DNA from: an uncultured Nitrospiraceae bacterium
GTDB lineage: Bacteria > Nitrospirota > Thermodesulfovibrionia > Thermodesulfovibrionales > SM23-35
Assembly (NCBI GenBank): GCA_963727775.1
Contig: CAVSHB010000001.1
Location: forward strand, 1,510,199 to 1,574,198
Direction of reading: 5' to 3'
Length of the DNA: 64,000 nt
This document shows positions 10,888 to 22,979 of the stretch, piece after piece. The translations under genes were made by a program, and so were the position numbers. Positions within the stretch are counted from its first letter, which is position 1. Each line of letters begins with the position of its first letter. The notes beneath the pieces were generated by a model. The model had not been told where the DNA came from. It made no database searches and saw only the letters and a list, made by a program, of their open reading frames with translations.

Positions 10888-13563
10888 ATGATTGGAACAT
10901 TACTAAGCAAGGTTTTCGGTACAAAGAACGAGCGCGAAATAAAAAGGCTATGGCCGATGGTAGAGCGCGTTAATACCCTGGAATCGCAGACAGCTTCTCT
11001 GTCGGATATCCAGCTCAAGGAAAAGACCGGGGAATTCAAGAGAAGGCTCGACACAGGAGAATCTCTCGAGGATTTACTTCCTGAGGCATTTGCAGTGGTA
11101 CGCGAAGTCTCCAGGAGAAAACTGAACATGAGGCATTTTGACGTACAGATACTTGGTGGTGTCGTGCTTCATGAGGGCAAGATTTCAGAAATGAAAACCG
11201 GTGAAGGCAAGACCCTTGTCGCCACCTTGCCCGTTTATCTGAACGCCCTCGAAGGCAAGGGGGTGCATGTTGTTACGGTGAATGATTATCTCGCAAAGAG
11301 AGATCCGCAATGGATGGGGCCGCTATATAACTTTCTCGGCCTCTCGGTAGGCGTCATACAACACGATGTTTCTTTCTTATACGATCCGTCTTATTTATCG
11401 ACCGATAAAAGACAGAATTTCCTTAAGCCGTGTTCTAGGCAGGAGGCATATGCAGCCGACATAACATACGGCACTAACAATGAGTTCGGTTTCGATTACC
11501 TCAGGGACAATATGAAATATGAAATTACCGATTACTGTCAGAGGGAATTGAATTACGCCATAGTCGATGAAGTAGACAGCATCCTCGTAGACGAGGCAAG
11601 GACGCCCCTGATCATATCCGGTCCGTCGGAAGAATCGACCGATAAATATTATAAAATAGACAAGATTATTCCTAAACTCCAGAAAGACATAGATTATACG
11701 GTAGATGAAAAGGCGAAGACGGCTGTTCTCACTGAAGACGGCAACATTAAGGTGGAGAGACTGATCGGCGCGGGAAACCTCTATGACCCTTCAAATATTG
11801 AGCTTGTGCACCATGTCCTGCAGGCGCTGAAAGCGTACACACTTTTCAAAAAAGATGTCGACTACGTTGTTAAGGACGGTGAAGTGATTATTGTTGATGA
11901 GTTTACGGGCAGGCTAATGCCCGGCAGGAGATGGTCTGACGGCCTGCATCAGGCGGTAGAAGCAAAGGAAGACGTTAAAATCGAAAGTGAGAACCAGACC
12001 CTTGCGACGATCACTTTTCAGAATTACTTCAGAATGTACAATAAACTTTCCGGAATGACAGGAACAGCCGATACCGAAGCGGAAGAATTCGCAAAGATAT
12101 ATAACCTGGAAGTTGTTGTTATCCCGACGAATCAACCTATGGTAAGGGACGATCATCCCGATATGATTTATAAGTCGGAAAAGGGTAAATTTAATGCTGT
12201 AATTACAGAGGTAGAAGAACTCAACCAGAGAGGACAGCCTGTTTTGGTAGGGACTATTTCCATAGAGAAGTCGGAATTATTGAGCTACCTCTTAAAGAAA
12301 AAAGGCATTAAACATTCCGTCCTTAATGCAAAATACCATGAGAAAGAAGCGGAGATTGTTGCCCAGGCAGGGAGAAGCGGGGCCGTCACAATAGCTACAA
12401 ACATGGCAGGAAGAGGGACGGACATAGTGCTCGGTGGCAATCCCGACGGCCTTGCAAGAGAACTCCTGAGGGATAATACCGATTATTCAGATGAAGAATG
12501 GGAACGGGCATTCTCAAAGGCGGAAAATATCTGCAGGGCCGAAAGGGAAAAAGTAGTATCCGCCGGAGGACTGCATATACTTGGAACGGAAAGGCACGAA
12601 GCAAGGAGGATTGACAATCAATTAAGAGGCCGTTCAGGAAGGCAGGGAGACCCCGGTTCATCCAGGTTTTACCTGTCAATGGAAGACGACCTTATGAGGA
12701 TCTTCGGTTCAGACAAGATATCAGGACTCATGGACAAGCTCGGCATGGAGGAAGACATGCCCATAGAAAATAAGATGGTCTCAAAAGCGATAGAAAATGC
12801 GCAGAAACGCGTGGAGGCGCATAACTTTGATATAAGAAAACATCTTATCGAATACGATGACGTTATGAATAAGCAAAGGACGGAAATCTATTCATTCAGA
12901 AAAGAGATCCTTCAGGGAGAAAACCTTAAGGACCGTGTCATGAGTATGATGGAAGAAGTCATCGACGAGCTGCTCTTCATTTATTGTCCCGAGGAAAAAC
13001 ACGTTGAAGAATGGGACCTGAAAGGGCTTAAGGATGCAGCATATGGAATATTTTTGATCATGCCGGATATCGTGCCTGCGAACCGTGATTCGTTTAAAGA
13101 TTCGCTCATTTCCGAATTCAGAAATGCATATGGAAAGAAGGAAATGGAAGCCGGCAGTGATCTCATTAGGTACCTTGAGAAAGTCATGCTTTTACAGGTC
13201 ATCGATGCCCAGTGGAAAGACCATCTGCTCGGGATGGACCATCTGAAAGAAGGCATCGGACTCAGGGGATATGGCCAGAAAGACCCATTGGTTGAATATA
13301 AGAAAGAGGCGTTTGACGTATTCGCGGATATGACGACCAGGATTTCAACTGAGGTCGTAAGCAGACTTTTTAAAATCCAGCTTCAAAAGAAAGAACCCAT
13401 AAGGAATGAGCCGTCAAGGCAGGTGAGATTAAACTATAACAGGGGGGAAGGTTCCTCTGCTCCTGCCCAATCAGTGAGGCGCGGCAAAAAAGTAGGCAGG
13501 AACGACCTTTGTCCTTGTGGAAGCGGTAAGAAATTTAAGAAGTGCTGTGGCGTCAATGCCTAA
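10888..13563 (+). CDS. secA: Preprotein translocase subunit SecA
   Basis: [25 protein letters not shown]-terminal [13 protein letters not shown]. Confidence 0.98.
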   Translation: MIGTLLSKVFGTKNEREIKRLWPMVERVNTLESQTASLSDIQLKEKTGEFKRRLDTGESLEDLLPEAFAVVREVSRRKLNMRHFDVQILGGVVLHEGKISEMKTGEGKTLVATLPVYLNALEGKGVHVVTVNDYLAKRDPQWMGPLYNFLGLSVGVIQHDVSFLYDPSYLSTDKRQNFLKPCSRQEAYAADITYGTNNEFGFDYLRDNMKYEITDYCQRELNYAIVDEVDSILVDEARTPLIISGPSEESTDKYYKIDKIIPKLQKDIDYTVDEKAKTAVLTEDGNIKVERLIGAGNLYDPSNIELVHHVLQALKAYTLFKKDVDYVVKDGEVIIVDEFTGRLMPGRRWSDGLHQAVEAKEDVKIESENQTLATITFQNYFRMYNKLSGMTGTADTEAEEFAKIYNLEVVVIPTNQPMVRDDHPDMIYKSEKGKFNAVITEVEELNQRGQPVLVGTISIEKSELLSYLLKKKGIKHSVLNAKYHEKEAEIVAQAGRSGAVTIATNMAGRGTDIVLGGNPDGLARELLRDNTDYSDEEWERAFSKAENICRAEREKVVSAGGLHILGTERHEARRIDNQLRGRSGRQGDPGSSRFYLSMEDDLMRIFGSDKISGLMDKLGMEEDMPIENKMVSKAIENAQKRVEAHNFDIRKHLIEYDDVMNKQRTEIYSFRKEILQGENLKDRVMSMMEEVIDELLFIYCPEEKHVEEWDLKGLKDAAYGIFLIMPDIVPANRDSFKDSLISEFRNAYGKKEMEAGSDLIRYLEKVMLLQVIDAQWKDHLLGMDHLKEGIGLRGYGQKDPLVEYKKEAFDVFADMTTRISTEVVSRLFKIQLQKKEPIRNEPSRQVRLNYNRGEGSSAPAQSVRRGKKVGRNDLCPCGSGKKFKKCCGVNA

Positions 13564-14941
13564 AATATTTTTAGTCGGTCAAAGCGCAATAAGAGATGAT
13601 TATGAGTATGCTTTAACATCTTCAGGATATAGTATCAGCAAGTTCTCTTCATTTGATAAGGTCATCCCCGGCTTGAAAGAAAATCCCGTTTTGTGCATCG
13701 TAGACAAGAAACTCGGAAATACTTCGTCTTTCAAAGAATTCCTCGCCGGATCAAAAACCATCCCCAAGATTATCATTTCAGATATCCACTCTTTTAAGGG
13801 TTTTACTCCATGGACAAAAGATACGCCGGCTTATCCTCTGTATTCGCCCGGAGATAGGGAACTAGTATATTTTGTTAAGAGAATACTTAACGAATATAAA
13901 ATGCTCGAAGAAAATAACAAATTAAAATACGGATTATCAACAGCGAAGCGCGAGCTGAATTTTTACGAAGAAGTGAACAAGTCCCTTACTTCATCATTGG
14001 AGCTGAAACACATTCTCGTAAAAATAATGGGAAAAGTCAAAGAGATGACAAGATCATACGCATGGTCCGTGTTTTTAATGGACCAGGAAACCGGAGACCT
14101 CGTTTTTGAGCACACAGATGTAAAGAAAATACGGAAATTCAGGCTAAAGATGGGCGAAGGGATTGCCGGCTGGGTTGCCCAGGAAGGGATACCCGTTGTT
14201 GTCCCCGATGTGTCCAAGGACGAACGGTTTTTAAGAAAGATAGATCAAGCCATCCATTTCAAGACCAAATCTTTGATGTGTGTTCCCATAAAAATCAATG
14301 AGCAGGTAATCGGTGTTATTGAGCTTGTTAACAAGAGCACGGGAGAACATTTCGTAAAGGAAGATCTCGACCTCCTGATGAAGTTCGTTGATCAGATTGC
14401 GATCGCTATTGAACGGACGTCGTTGTACCAGAAGATGACGGAGCTGGCTATAACGGACGATCTCACAAAGCTCTTCAATACGCGTTACCTCAACAGGACC
14501 ATCGAGATCGAGATACAGCGCTCAAGCAGATACAACACATCTGTTTCATTGATCTTCATGGATATAGACTTTTTCAAGCGCATAAACGACCGATATGGCC
14601 ATCTCGTGGGAAGCAAAGTGTTGGTCGAGATAGGACAGCTTCTTATAAAGAGTCTCAGGGCTATTGACATAGTGGCGCGATATGGAGGAGACGAATTCGT
14701 TATCGTGCTTCCACAGACCCACCCGGGCGCTGCAAAACAGATCGCAGAAAGGATGAGGAAATCCATTGAACAGAATACCTTCCTTAAGAAAGAAGGGTAC
14801 GCGCTGAAGTTGACCGCAAGTTTTGGTGTGGCCTCATTCCCTGAAAGCGCAAAATCCAAGGAAGATCTTATAAGGCTTGCAGATGACGCGATGTACAGGG
14901 TGAAGTTTCAAACAAGAAATGCGGTTTATGCTATATTATAG
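13556..14941 (+). CDS. GAF-GGDEF diguanylate cyclase with degenerate receiver-like N-terminus
   Basis: GAF (GEGIAGWVA), [11 protein letters not shown] overlaps the secA end. Confidence 0.88.
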   Translation: MPKIFLVGQSAIRDDYEYALTSSGYSISKFSSFDKVIPGLKENPVLCIVDKKLGNTSSFKEFLAGSKTIPKIIISDIHSFKGFTPWTKDTPAYPLYSPGDRELVYFVKRILNEYKMLEENNKLKYGLSTAKRELNFYEEVNKSLTSSLELKHILVKIMGKVKEMTRSYAWSVFLMDQETGDLVFEHTDVKKIRKFRLKMGEGIAGWVAQEGIPVVVPDVSKDERFLRKIDQAIHFKTKSLMCVPIKINEQVIGVIELVNKSTGEHFVKEDLDLLMKFVDQIAIAIERTSLYQKMTELAITDDLTKLFNTRYLNRTIEIEIQRSSRYNTSVSLIFMDIDFFKRINDRYGHLVGSKVLVEIGQLLIKSLRAIDIVARYGGDEFVIVLPQTHPGAAKQIAERMRKSIEQNTFLKKEGYALKLTASFGVASFPESAKSKEDLIRLADDAMYRVKFQTRNAVYAIL

Positions 14942-14943
14942 CG

Positions 14944-16020
14944 ATGGCGCTTTTTAATTATGCTACCAAAGAGATCACAATCAAAATCGTTTATTACGGC
15001 CCCGGACTGAGCGGCAAAACAACAAATCTTCAGTATCTGCATTCCATTTTTGATCCTTCCAAAAGGGGAAAGCTTTTGTCCCTTGCGACAGAGGCCGACA
15101 GGACGCTCTTCTTTGATTTTTTGCCTGTAGAGCTGGGTAAAATAAGTGATTTTTCGATCCGTTTCCAACTATATACCGTACCGGGGCAGGTCAGATATAA
15201 CGCAACGAGAAAACTCGTCCTTAAAGGGGCTGATGCTGTTATTTTTGTTGCAGACTCGCAGCGCGAGATGAAAGAGCAGAACATAGAGAGTCTGAAAAAT
15301 ATGCACGAAAATCTTATTGCGAACAACATTGACCCTTATGAAATACCGGTCATCATGCAATACAACAAAAGGGACATAAAAAATATCCTGTCTGTAACTG
15401 AATTAAACAAAGACCTTAACGAAGAAGGGAAACATGAATACCGAGAAGCAATAGCCATAGACGGGACAGGCGTTGAGGACACATTTAAGCGCATAACCAA
15501 ACTCGTGATCGAGGGTATTTCAAAAAAGCACAAGGTAAATATACAACCCGTCGAGGAATCTGCAGAACATGCCGCAAAAAGCGCCGTACGGGAAGAGATT
15601 GTTCATAAACCTGCACCGACAAAGCCTGAGCCAATAATCCCCGTGATCGAACCTTTACGATACGATGAACATCCGGGAACGGAAATAGAACGCTCCGTTT
15701 ATGATATGGCTGAAAACAAGAAGGAACCTTTACGATCGGTCATCGAAGAGCCCCACCCTGCTCCCATAAAAGGTGTTGTCGAACAAAGCGTAGAAATCAA
15801 GGAAGCGCCTGGTATATCCGTTGAAAAGCTTGACAAGATAACCAATAGCGTAACCGAGATGTCGCAAACCATAAGAGAATTAAAAAACATAATTTCAAGT
15901 GTTCACTCTGAAATGAAGGAGATGAAGAGGGACCAAAAAGAAATCAGCAGCATGCTCAGGACCTTGACAAACACTTTTGAAGACATAAGAATGAAGAAAA
16001 GCTGGTTCAGGTTTTCATAA
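14944..16020 (+). CDS. MglA-family small GTPase with C-terminal coiled-coil extension
   Basis: GPGLSGKTTN, RTLFFD, TVPGQ, NKRD. Confidence 0.88.
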   Translation: MALFNYATKEITIKIVYYGPGLSGKTTNLQYLHSIFDPSKRGKLLSLATEADRTLFFDFLPVELGKISDFSIRFQLYTVPGQVRYNATRKLVLKGADAVIFVADSQREMKEQNIESLKNMHENLIANNIDPYEIPVIMQYNKRDIKNILSVTELNKDLNEEGKHEYREAIAIDGTGVEDTFKRITKLVIEGISKKHKVNIQPVEESAEHAAKSAVREEIVHKPAPTKPEPIIPVIEPLRYDEHPGTEIERSVYDMAENKKEPLRSVIEEPHPAPIKGVVEQSVEIKEAPGISVEKLDKITNSVTEMSQTIRELKNIISSVHSEMKEMKRDQKEISSMLRTLTNTFEDIRMKKSWFRFS

Positions 16021-16035
16021 ACTGAGCTGAACACC

Positions 16036-17559
16036 TCAAGCCATTTTCAGGGTATTTATCAGTGCTTCGGCTTTTTTCAATGTTTCAAAGTATTCCTTTT
16101 CCGGGTCCGAATCTGCGACAATACCTGCGCCTGCCTGGACATATGCTGTCCCGTCTTTTATGACAAACGTTCTTATGACTATATTCAAGTCCATATTTCC
16201 CGAGAAACCGACATACCCTATTGACCCTGTATAGGGACCTCGTCTTACAGGTTCAAGCTCATCTATGATTTCCATGCACCTGATTTTCGGAACGCCTGTT
16301 ATAGTCCCTCCGGGGAAGGCGGCCTTTATTGCGGCAAAGCAATCTTTCCCATATACAAGATCTCCGGTAACATTCGAAACTATATGGATGACGTGTGAAT
16401 AATCTTCTGTAATCATAAGCTCATCAACTCTTACCTTGCCGTACTCAGAAACCCTGCCGAGGTCATTCCTTTCGAGGTCTATCAGCATAATGTGCTCCGC
16501 CCTCTCCTTTTCATTCAAAAGCAACTCCGAGCGCATCATTTCATCTTCATCCCTGTCTTTGCCCCTAGGTCTTGTACCTGCAATAGGCCTTGTCTCGATC
16601 ACCCTGTCTTTGACTTTCAGTAATCTTTCAGGGGAAGAACTCACGATTTGGTAATCTCCGAAATCGACATATGCAGCAAAAGGAGACGGGTTTATGTTCC
16701 TAAGTATTTTATACAGAGGCCACGGGTCCTTTTTCATGAGATGCGCAGAGACCCTCTGAGAAAGGTTCGTCTGAAAGATATCACCTGCCGCAATATATTC
16801 TTTTGCCTTTTTTACAATATCCATATATGTTTTTTTTCTCATCTCGTAGACAATATCTATTTTTGTTTTGGATTTGACTTTTTCAATTTTTAATTTTAAA
16901 TTAAACCTATTAACTGCCTCTGTTATCTTCTCGATCCCGCATGCCGCTTCATCATATTTTTCAGACCAATATGACGGTATGTAAGGTGTTTCACCTTTAA
17001 CGCAATCTTTAACTCCAGGGCAAATTATGATCCAGCATTTTTTTAGTTTATGATCAAAGGCAATTAGTTTATCGATCATCAAAAAATGCGCATCAGGGAG
17101 GTTTATGTCATCTAATGCATTCCTCGGCAATCTTTCAAAATACTGTACAAAATCGTAACCGAAGACGCCGGCAAGACCGCCCTGAAAAGGCGGGAGCTGA
17201 TGCACAGCAGATTGATGATATGCTCCTATAAGGTTTTTTAGCAGATTTATAGGTCTGGCTGAGGATAAAGTCATTTTCCTATCCGAATAGATCTCTATCA
17301 ACCCATTTTTTGCTTTAAATGTGAGAACGGGATCAAAGCCTATAAAAGAGTACCTTGCAATTTTTTCGGGACCCTTCACGCTTTCGAGCAGAAAACTTTT
17401 TGGCGATGCTATAGACTCATAGATAGAGTCTGGAGCCGCATACGGGAGTTCCTTGTAAAGTGGCGGTATACTCCCACTTTGCGCAATTTCTAAAAACTTC
17501 TTTTTCAAGGGTGCGATCATATAATATGGAGTATAGCCTGAATAGAGTTTCCATGGCAA
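16036..17559 (-). CDS. Chorismate-binding enzyme component I (TrpE/PabB family)
   Basis: LLES, SSSPE, PIAGTRPR, KERAEHIMLIDLERNDLG, FPGGTITGVPK; start may be ~39 nt further in. Confidence 0.88.
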   Translation of the reverse strand: MPWKLYSGYTPYYMIAPLKKKFLEIAQSGSIPPLYKELPYAAPDSIYESIASPKSFLLESVKGPEKIARYSFIGFDPVLTFKAKNGLIEIYSDRKMTLSSARPINLLKNLIGAYHQSAVHQLPPFQGGLAGVFGYDFVQYFERLPRNALDDINLPDAHFLMIDKLIAFDHKLKKCWIIICPGVKDCVKGETPYIPSYWSEKYDEAACGIEKITEAVNRFNLKLKIEKVKSKTKIDIVYEMRKKTYMDIVKKAKEYIAAGDIFQTNLSQRVSAHLMKKDPWPLYKILRNINPSPFAAYVDFGDYQIVSSSPERLLKVKDRVIETRPIAGTRPRGKDRDEDEMMRSELLLNEKERAEHIMLIDLERNDLGRVSEYGKVRVDELMITEDYSHVIHIVSNVTGDLVYGKDCFAAIKAAFPGGTITGVPKIRCMEIIDELEPVRRGPYTGSIGYVGFSGNMDLNIVIRTFVIKDGTAYVQAGAGIVADSDPEKEYFETLKKAEALINTLKMA

Positions 17560-19709
17560 AATATATCACCGGGTTTTCCGTGAAAATACTGTGTACTCCA
17601 TGGTTACAAATAAATAGTGCATCCCGCACAAAATGGTTAAAAAAAGACACAAAATGGTTAACACCTTCGTTTAAGCATCTGATATAATGCTCGAATCGTG
17701 TTTTGCAGCCTACCTTAATCTGAGAGGGGTTTTTTAGTGAAGCCGAAGTTTATTAGAGGGGACATAGTGCGCAAAATTGATGCCAGACTATTATTTCTAT
17801 CCTTATTTATCTTTTTTGCTCCTTGCCCAATAGAGGCATCTGATCTCGGTCTTGAAAAAGACTTACAGGGGCGGCTGCAAGAAAGCAGTCTTATAATAGA
17901 CAAAGCTTTAGGGAACCTCTCCTCGGGCAACTCCGTAGTAAATGATATAAACGGACTTAAGAAAGTTGCAGACAAAATCAGAAGCTTAGACTTTCTGCTC
18001 CAGGATAAGTTCAAGCAGAGCGAGCAAGACACACAGTCGAGGGGGGCGAAGGCCCTGGAGAGACAAAGAGACATGTCGGATGCTTACCGAGAGGCTTTGC
18101 AGGAATACCTGAGCCTTGTAGACGGTCTTCCCCCTAATGTAGCAGTCTCACAGCCCCAACTGGAAAATGTAGCAGCCTTCCTTAACAAGATCCTTCATAA
18201 GAAGAAAAGACCGCTCCTTGGCAGTCTTCCATACAGGAACCTGAATTATCCCTCCAAAGAACCAAATGCAGACCCTGCAATAAAGCCTGCATACAAAGGC
18301 GGCAACAAAGTTATAAGTCCTGACGATACTAAAGATACGGAAGAAGCCCCGATATCAGCGGAGATAGCGGACCTTGCACAATCATTAAACTGGAACCCGG
18401 TATCTATATATGAATATGTGAAAAACAACATAGAGACAGAGTGGTACTGGGGGTGCATGAAAGGGGCTGAGGAGACATTAAGGCAGAAATCCGGCAACGA
18501 CTGTGACCAAGCGACACTGCTGACTGCTTTGCTGAGGTCTTCCGGTTTTCCATCGAGGTATGTGAGGGGAACAATAGCATTCTTCGCCGGCAAAAATGCG
18601 CCTATCACAAAGGTAAGGAACCTTTTGGGAATCGACGATCCCTGGAAAATAGCAGAATTCTTCCAGAAGGCCGGTATCCCAAATAAGCCGATCATAGCGG
18701 GTGGGACGATATCCAATTTTCAGATAGAGCATATATGGGTGGAAAGCCAGATACCTTATGCGAACTATCGTGGGGCTATGATCGATCAACAGGGCAAGAC
18801 CTGGCTCGGACTTGATACCAGTATAAAGGTAAAGGACTACCAGTACAATAATCCGCTGGATATTCTGCAGGAGATGTCTTTCTCAAACATAAGAGATGAA
18901 TATTTGGGTACAATACAGACACGGACGCCTTTGGAATATATAGAATCAAATGTGCAGGCTTATCTGACACAAAACCATCCTGATAAAACATACAGCGATC
19001 TATTGCAATCAAAGACACTCACCCCTGAGGTCATGAACATCCTTCCGGCGAGCATGCAGTTCGACCAACCGAGTATAACCCATGAATATACCGCGATACC
19101 CGATGAGCTCAAACATAACATAAAATTCACAGCAACAGACGTAAACAACAATGAATTGTTCAGTGTAATCATTGACACTCTGAACCTCTCGAACCAGCAG
19201 ACAGCCATAAGTTACGAACCTGAGACAGTGGAAGACCAGCAGATTATCGATTCCTATGGAGGGCTGGACAACACGCCCGCTTACTTAGTGAGACTGAGAC
19301 CTGTATTAAAGGTAAACGAAGAGATGGTGGTTGCAGGTAAATCCGGATTGCCGATGGGCACAGATTACAACCTCACCATCGAGCTCATCTCGCCGGGTGG
19401 AGATGAAAAGATAACAACCGCCCATATAATAGGGAATGTCTCAGCGATAGCGATAGCTGCTCAAAAAGTCATAAAACCGGAACAAATCCCTATGGAAGAA
19501 AAAGACGCAGAGAGGCTTCTGTATGAAGAGGCAAGCAACCATATCGATCGCTGGAACCAGGCTGAGGAAGAACTTGCATCACTCATCCATCTTTCTTTCA
19601 CGAGACCGGTCCCAACCGTTGTAACTGATACTGATTAAGGCCCCCCTGAACCATACCCGAATCAGGTATGATTCAGGAACCGAAATCATTTACCAAAAGG
19701 AGGCCTCAA

Positions 19710-20756
19710 ATGAGATTTTACATCAAGCAGCACAAATTTTACTGCGGTATCGATCTTCACGCAAGGACTATGTACCTTTGCATCCTCAACCAGGAAGGAA
19801 AGATCGTCCTGCATAGGGACATCAAGACAGACCCCGACATCTTTCTCAAGACGATCGCGCCATATCGTGAGGACATCGTAGTTGCCGTTGAGTGCATCTT
19901 CACCTGGTACTGGCTCGCCGATCTCTGCTGTAAAGAGAATATTTCCTTCGTCCTTGGCCATGCTCTCTATATGAAAGCCATCCATGGCGGCAAAGCCAAG
20001 AACGACAAAATAGACGCATATAAGATAGCAGCCCTGCTTCGGGGCGGCATGATGCCCATGGCCTATGTTTATCCTTCCGATATGCGCTCCACCAGAGATC
20101 TGCTCAGGCGGCGCACTCACCTCGCAAGAAAAAGGGCTGAACTCATTGCCCATATCCAAAACACCAATCACCAGTATAACTTCGCCGATATGGGAAGGAT
20201 CGCAAGGAAATGCGACAGAATCAAAGTAGGCGTTGCCGACCGCTTCACCGATCCCAGCGTACAAAAAAGCATAGAGCTCGATATCACCCTTATCGAGCAT
20301 TACGATAAACTCCTAAACCATCTCGAACATGAACTCTCTCTTATTGCGAAAGTGCATGATGCCGATTCCTATTTCCGCCTCCGCTCTATTCCAGGCGTCG
20401 GAAGGATCCTCGGCCTCACCATCCTCTATGAGATACATGATATCAACCGCTTCCCTCGCGTACAGGATTTTGTCTCATACTGCAGACTGGTGAAATCCGC
20501 CAAGGAGTCGGCTGGGAAAATAATCGGGGCATCCGGCAAGAAGATCGGCAATGCCCATCTGAAATGGGCCTTTTCCGAAGTTGCTGTGCTTTTCCTCAGG
20601 AGAAACCCAGAAGCCGTAAAATACCGCGCAAAGCTGGAGCGAAAGCACGGCAAGGCAAAGTCTCTGACCATCCTTGCTCATAAGCTTGCAAGGGCTGTCT
20701 ATAATATCCTCAAGAAAAAGGAGGTGTTTAATCCTAAAGTATTCTTTGCGAAATAA
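19710..20756 (+). CDS. IS110-family DEDD recombinase/transposase
   Basis: GIDLH, VE, KNDKIDA, SIPGVG, SAG, GNAHLKWA; AAGGAGG RBS. Confidence 0.93.
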   Translation: MRFYIKQHKFYCGIDLHARTMYLCILNQEGKIVLHRDIKTDPDIFLKTIAPYREDIVVAVECIFTWYWLADLCCKENISFVLGHALYMKAIHGGKAKNDKIDAYKIAALLRGGMMPMAYVYPSDMRSTRDLLRRRTHLARKRAELIAHIQNTNHQYNFADMGRIARKCDRIKVGVADRFTDPSVQKSIELDITLIEHYDKLLNHLEHELSLIAKVHDADSYFRLRSIPGVGRILGLTILYEIHDINRFPRVQDFVSYCRLVKSAKESAGKIIGASGKKIGNAHLKWAFSEVAVLFLRRNPEAVKYRAKLERKHGKAKSLTILAHKLARAVYNILKKKEVFNPKVFFAK

Positions 20757-21033
20757 AGCTGGGACCGGGTGAGCCTGTTCGTCTAACTGGCGCCATTAGG
20801 GTGAAGTCCGATAGATGCTCGTAAACATCATATGTTTGCAGCTTCGACTGCCCTTCGATCATCCTGGAATATTATGCCCGGCGCAAATACGCTTTGATTA
20901 GGACATCCGGTCCCTCATAACATATAAAGATTGTTAAGGTTCTGTCCCTTACCCGAGCCTGATACTAACTGGATGAGGCCACTGACCTGAACCAGACCTT
21001 TGAATAGGACGGTACAAGGGTACTAAATTGTTT

Positions 21034-22116
21034 CTAGTGTAGTGTCCCACTAACGGCTTTACAATGAACGACCTTTTCCAAGATGGCATCGACCTTTTTC
21101 GTCCAGACAAACGGCTTGGGACTCTCGTTGTTGATCTGGATGAAGTCTTCTATTGCAGCAACAAGTTCCGAAACACTGCGAAAAACTCCACAGCGAATGC
21201 GTTTCCGTGTGATCTCTCCGAACCATCTCTCCACCAGATTCAACCATGAGGAACTGGTCGGCGTGAAATGAAGGTGAAATCGGGGATGTTTTTTCAGCCA
21301 TGCTTTAACCTTGGGATGGTTGTGCGTACCATAATTATCCAGAATCATATGGACGCCCAATTCCGAGGGTACGGTGGCGTCGATCTGTCGCAGGAATTTC
21401 CGAAATTCGATGTTGCGATGCCTCGGATAACAGGAGCCAATAACTTTTCCCTCCAGCACATTCAACGCCGCGAACAGACACGTAGTGCCATTGCGCTTAT
21501 AGTCATGGGTCATGGTTCGGCAGCGCCCTTTCTTCATCGGCAAGCCGGGTTGTGTCCGATCCAACGCTTGAACTTGGCTCTTCTCGTCAACACACAGCAC
21601 CACCGCCTTGTCCGGCGGATTCAAGTACACTCCCACCACGTCCGTCAGTTTTTCAACAAACCGCTTGTCCTTGGATAACTTGAATGTCTCAACGCGATGA
21701 GGCTGAAGACCGTGCGCGTCCCATATACGTTGCACCGTGGACTTGCCGACTCCCTGAGCCCTTGCCATCGAACGCACCGACCACTGCGTGGCATCGCGAG
21801 GTGTCGTGTGGAGAGTCGCTTCGACAATGGCCTTCACCCGGTCCGGCGGAAGAGCCTGTGGACTCGGGCCATGGGGTGCGTCCTCGGCCAATCCCATCGG
21901 TCCATGCTCTTCGAAACGTTTGCGCCATTGGATTACTGTCGGGCGGGAGGTGGACAGTTGGGCCGCGATAGCGTTGTTCGACAAGCCATCCGCCGCCAAA
22001 AGACAAATACTCGCTCGCAGTACTGCTCGCTGAGGGCTGGTCTTAGCCCGTTTCCAAGCTTCCAATGTCCTGCGCTGCTCTTTTGTCATCTCCAGAACTT
22101 CTGCTTTTTCCCACAT
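21034..22116 (-). CDS. IS630 transposase
   Basis: CVDEKS, THDYKRNGT, ILDNY, SSWLNLVERWF; start set at the ATG inside the IR. Confidence 0.93.
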   Translation of the reverse strand: MWEKAEVLEMTKEQRRTLEAWKRAKTSPQRAVLRASICLLAADGLSNNAIAAQLSTSRPTVIQWRKRFEEHGPMGLAEDAPHGPSPQALPPDRVKAIVEATLHTTPRDATQWSVRSMARAQGVGKSTVQRIWDAHGLQPHRVETFKLSKDKRFVEKLTDVVGVYLNPPDKAVVLCVDEKSQVQALDRTQPGLPMKKGRCRTMTHDYKRNGTTCLFAALNVLEGKVIGSCYPRHRNIEFRKFLRQIDATVPSELGVHMILDNYGTHNHPKVKAWLKKHPRFHLHFTPTSSSWLNLVERWFGEITRKRIRCGVFRSVSELVAAIEDFIQINNESPKPFVWTKKVDAILEKVVHCKAVSGTLH

Positions 22117-22173
22117 GCCATATAGCTTACCATGACAACTAATCATTGTCCAGCTTTTAGTGGGACAGTACAC
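21037..22173 (-). mobile_element. IS630-family element
   Basis: 17-bp IRs GTGTAGTGTCCCACTAA / TTAGTGGGACAGTACAC (1 mismatch); TA duplication in a CTAG target. Confidence 0.92.
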
Positions 22174-22827
22174 TAGGTCGTGGAGAACAAGGGCAATTGC
22201 TCTCTCCACTGTCGCCGGGGATAGAGATTGTGAAAACAGTTCTCTTTCTCATGGCTATTGAACCTCGATAAGTGTTTGGTGCAGACATTGATCTAACGCC
22301 GCATTTGAAACCAAGTCAGAGCTGGCGATGGTCTTTTAAAAAAAAGAAATAGAATTTTATTTTATTTCCGATCAGGATCGTTTTTTCTCTTGACAGGGCA
22401 GGGCCTTATAAGTGTTGGAGGAGTGATAGATGTCACCTATGTTCTTGATACCCCGCATGGATACGAATGGAAAGGCGTCTTTGCAGACGCAAATCTGAGA
22501 GCGATGGAAGTAACCCCCTCTCACTCCCCCTTACCCCAAGGTGGAGAAGGCGATAGACAAAAGACATTCATGCAGCTTTCTGCATTGCAGGGGTCTATCC
22601 TTGAGAACAGGATATTTGAGGACGATTTTCAGGTGGAGTCGATCTCGACGGCAAAGCTATTTGAAATTGTAAACACTAATCTGCCTCCGACCCCAATTAT
22701 AACAATAGACAAAACCAACGTAGATAGTATGCTTCCAAGCCTTCCTTTCGATGAACAGATAAAAACGGACATTACAAATGCTGTAAACCAAAATCTAAAC
22801 GTAAAGATTCCGCAATCGGATGTAAAT

Positions 22828-22979
22828 AAACGAGCGCCGCACCATGCGCGTCGCTCGTTACGACACCACAGGGCGTTTACCCTGTGGGTCGGCAAGGGTC
22901 TTCGCTTCGCTCCGATGCCCTGCACCCCGACGACGCAAGGTTCCCGTGGCAGAGACCACGGGGTGTTTTAATAATTAAT
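22828..22979. mobile_element. ~152-bp non-autonomous hairpin-rich element (IS200/IS605-end-like MITE)
   Basis: GC-rich insert with hairpins CGAGCG..CGCTCG, CCACAGGG..CCCTGTGG and CCCGTGG..CCACGGG; removal restores QSDVN-YQDW. Confidence 0.7.

Larger units (their letters stand above)
19628..22414 (+). mobile_element. IS110-family (IS1111-type) element with nested IS630
   Basis: Removal at the shared TG core restores PTVVT-VGGVID; subterminal IR TAAGGCCC/GGGCCTTA; long downstream non-coding region; TTGACA near the right end. Confidence 0.85.

Noticed and set aside
22117..22209. N-terminal extension of the IS630 transposase in the ORF track
   Set aside because: It runs beyond the element's inverted repeat; the real start is probably 22116
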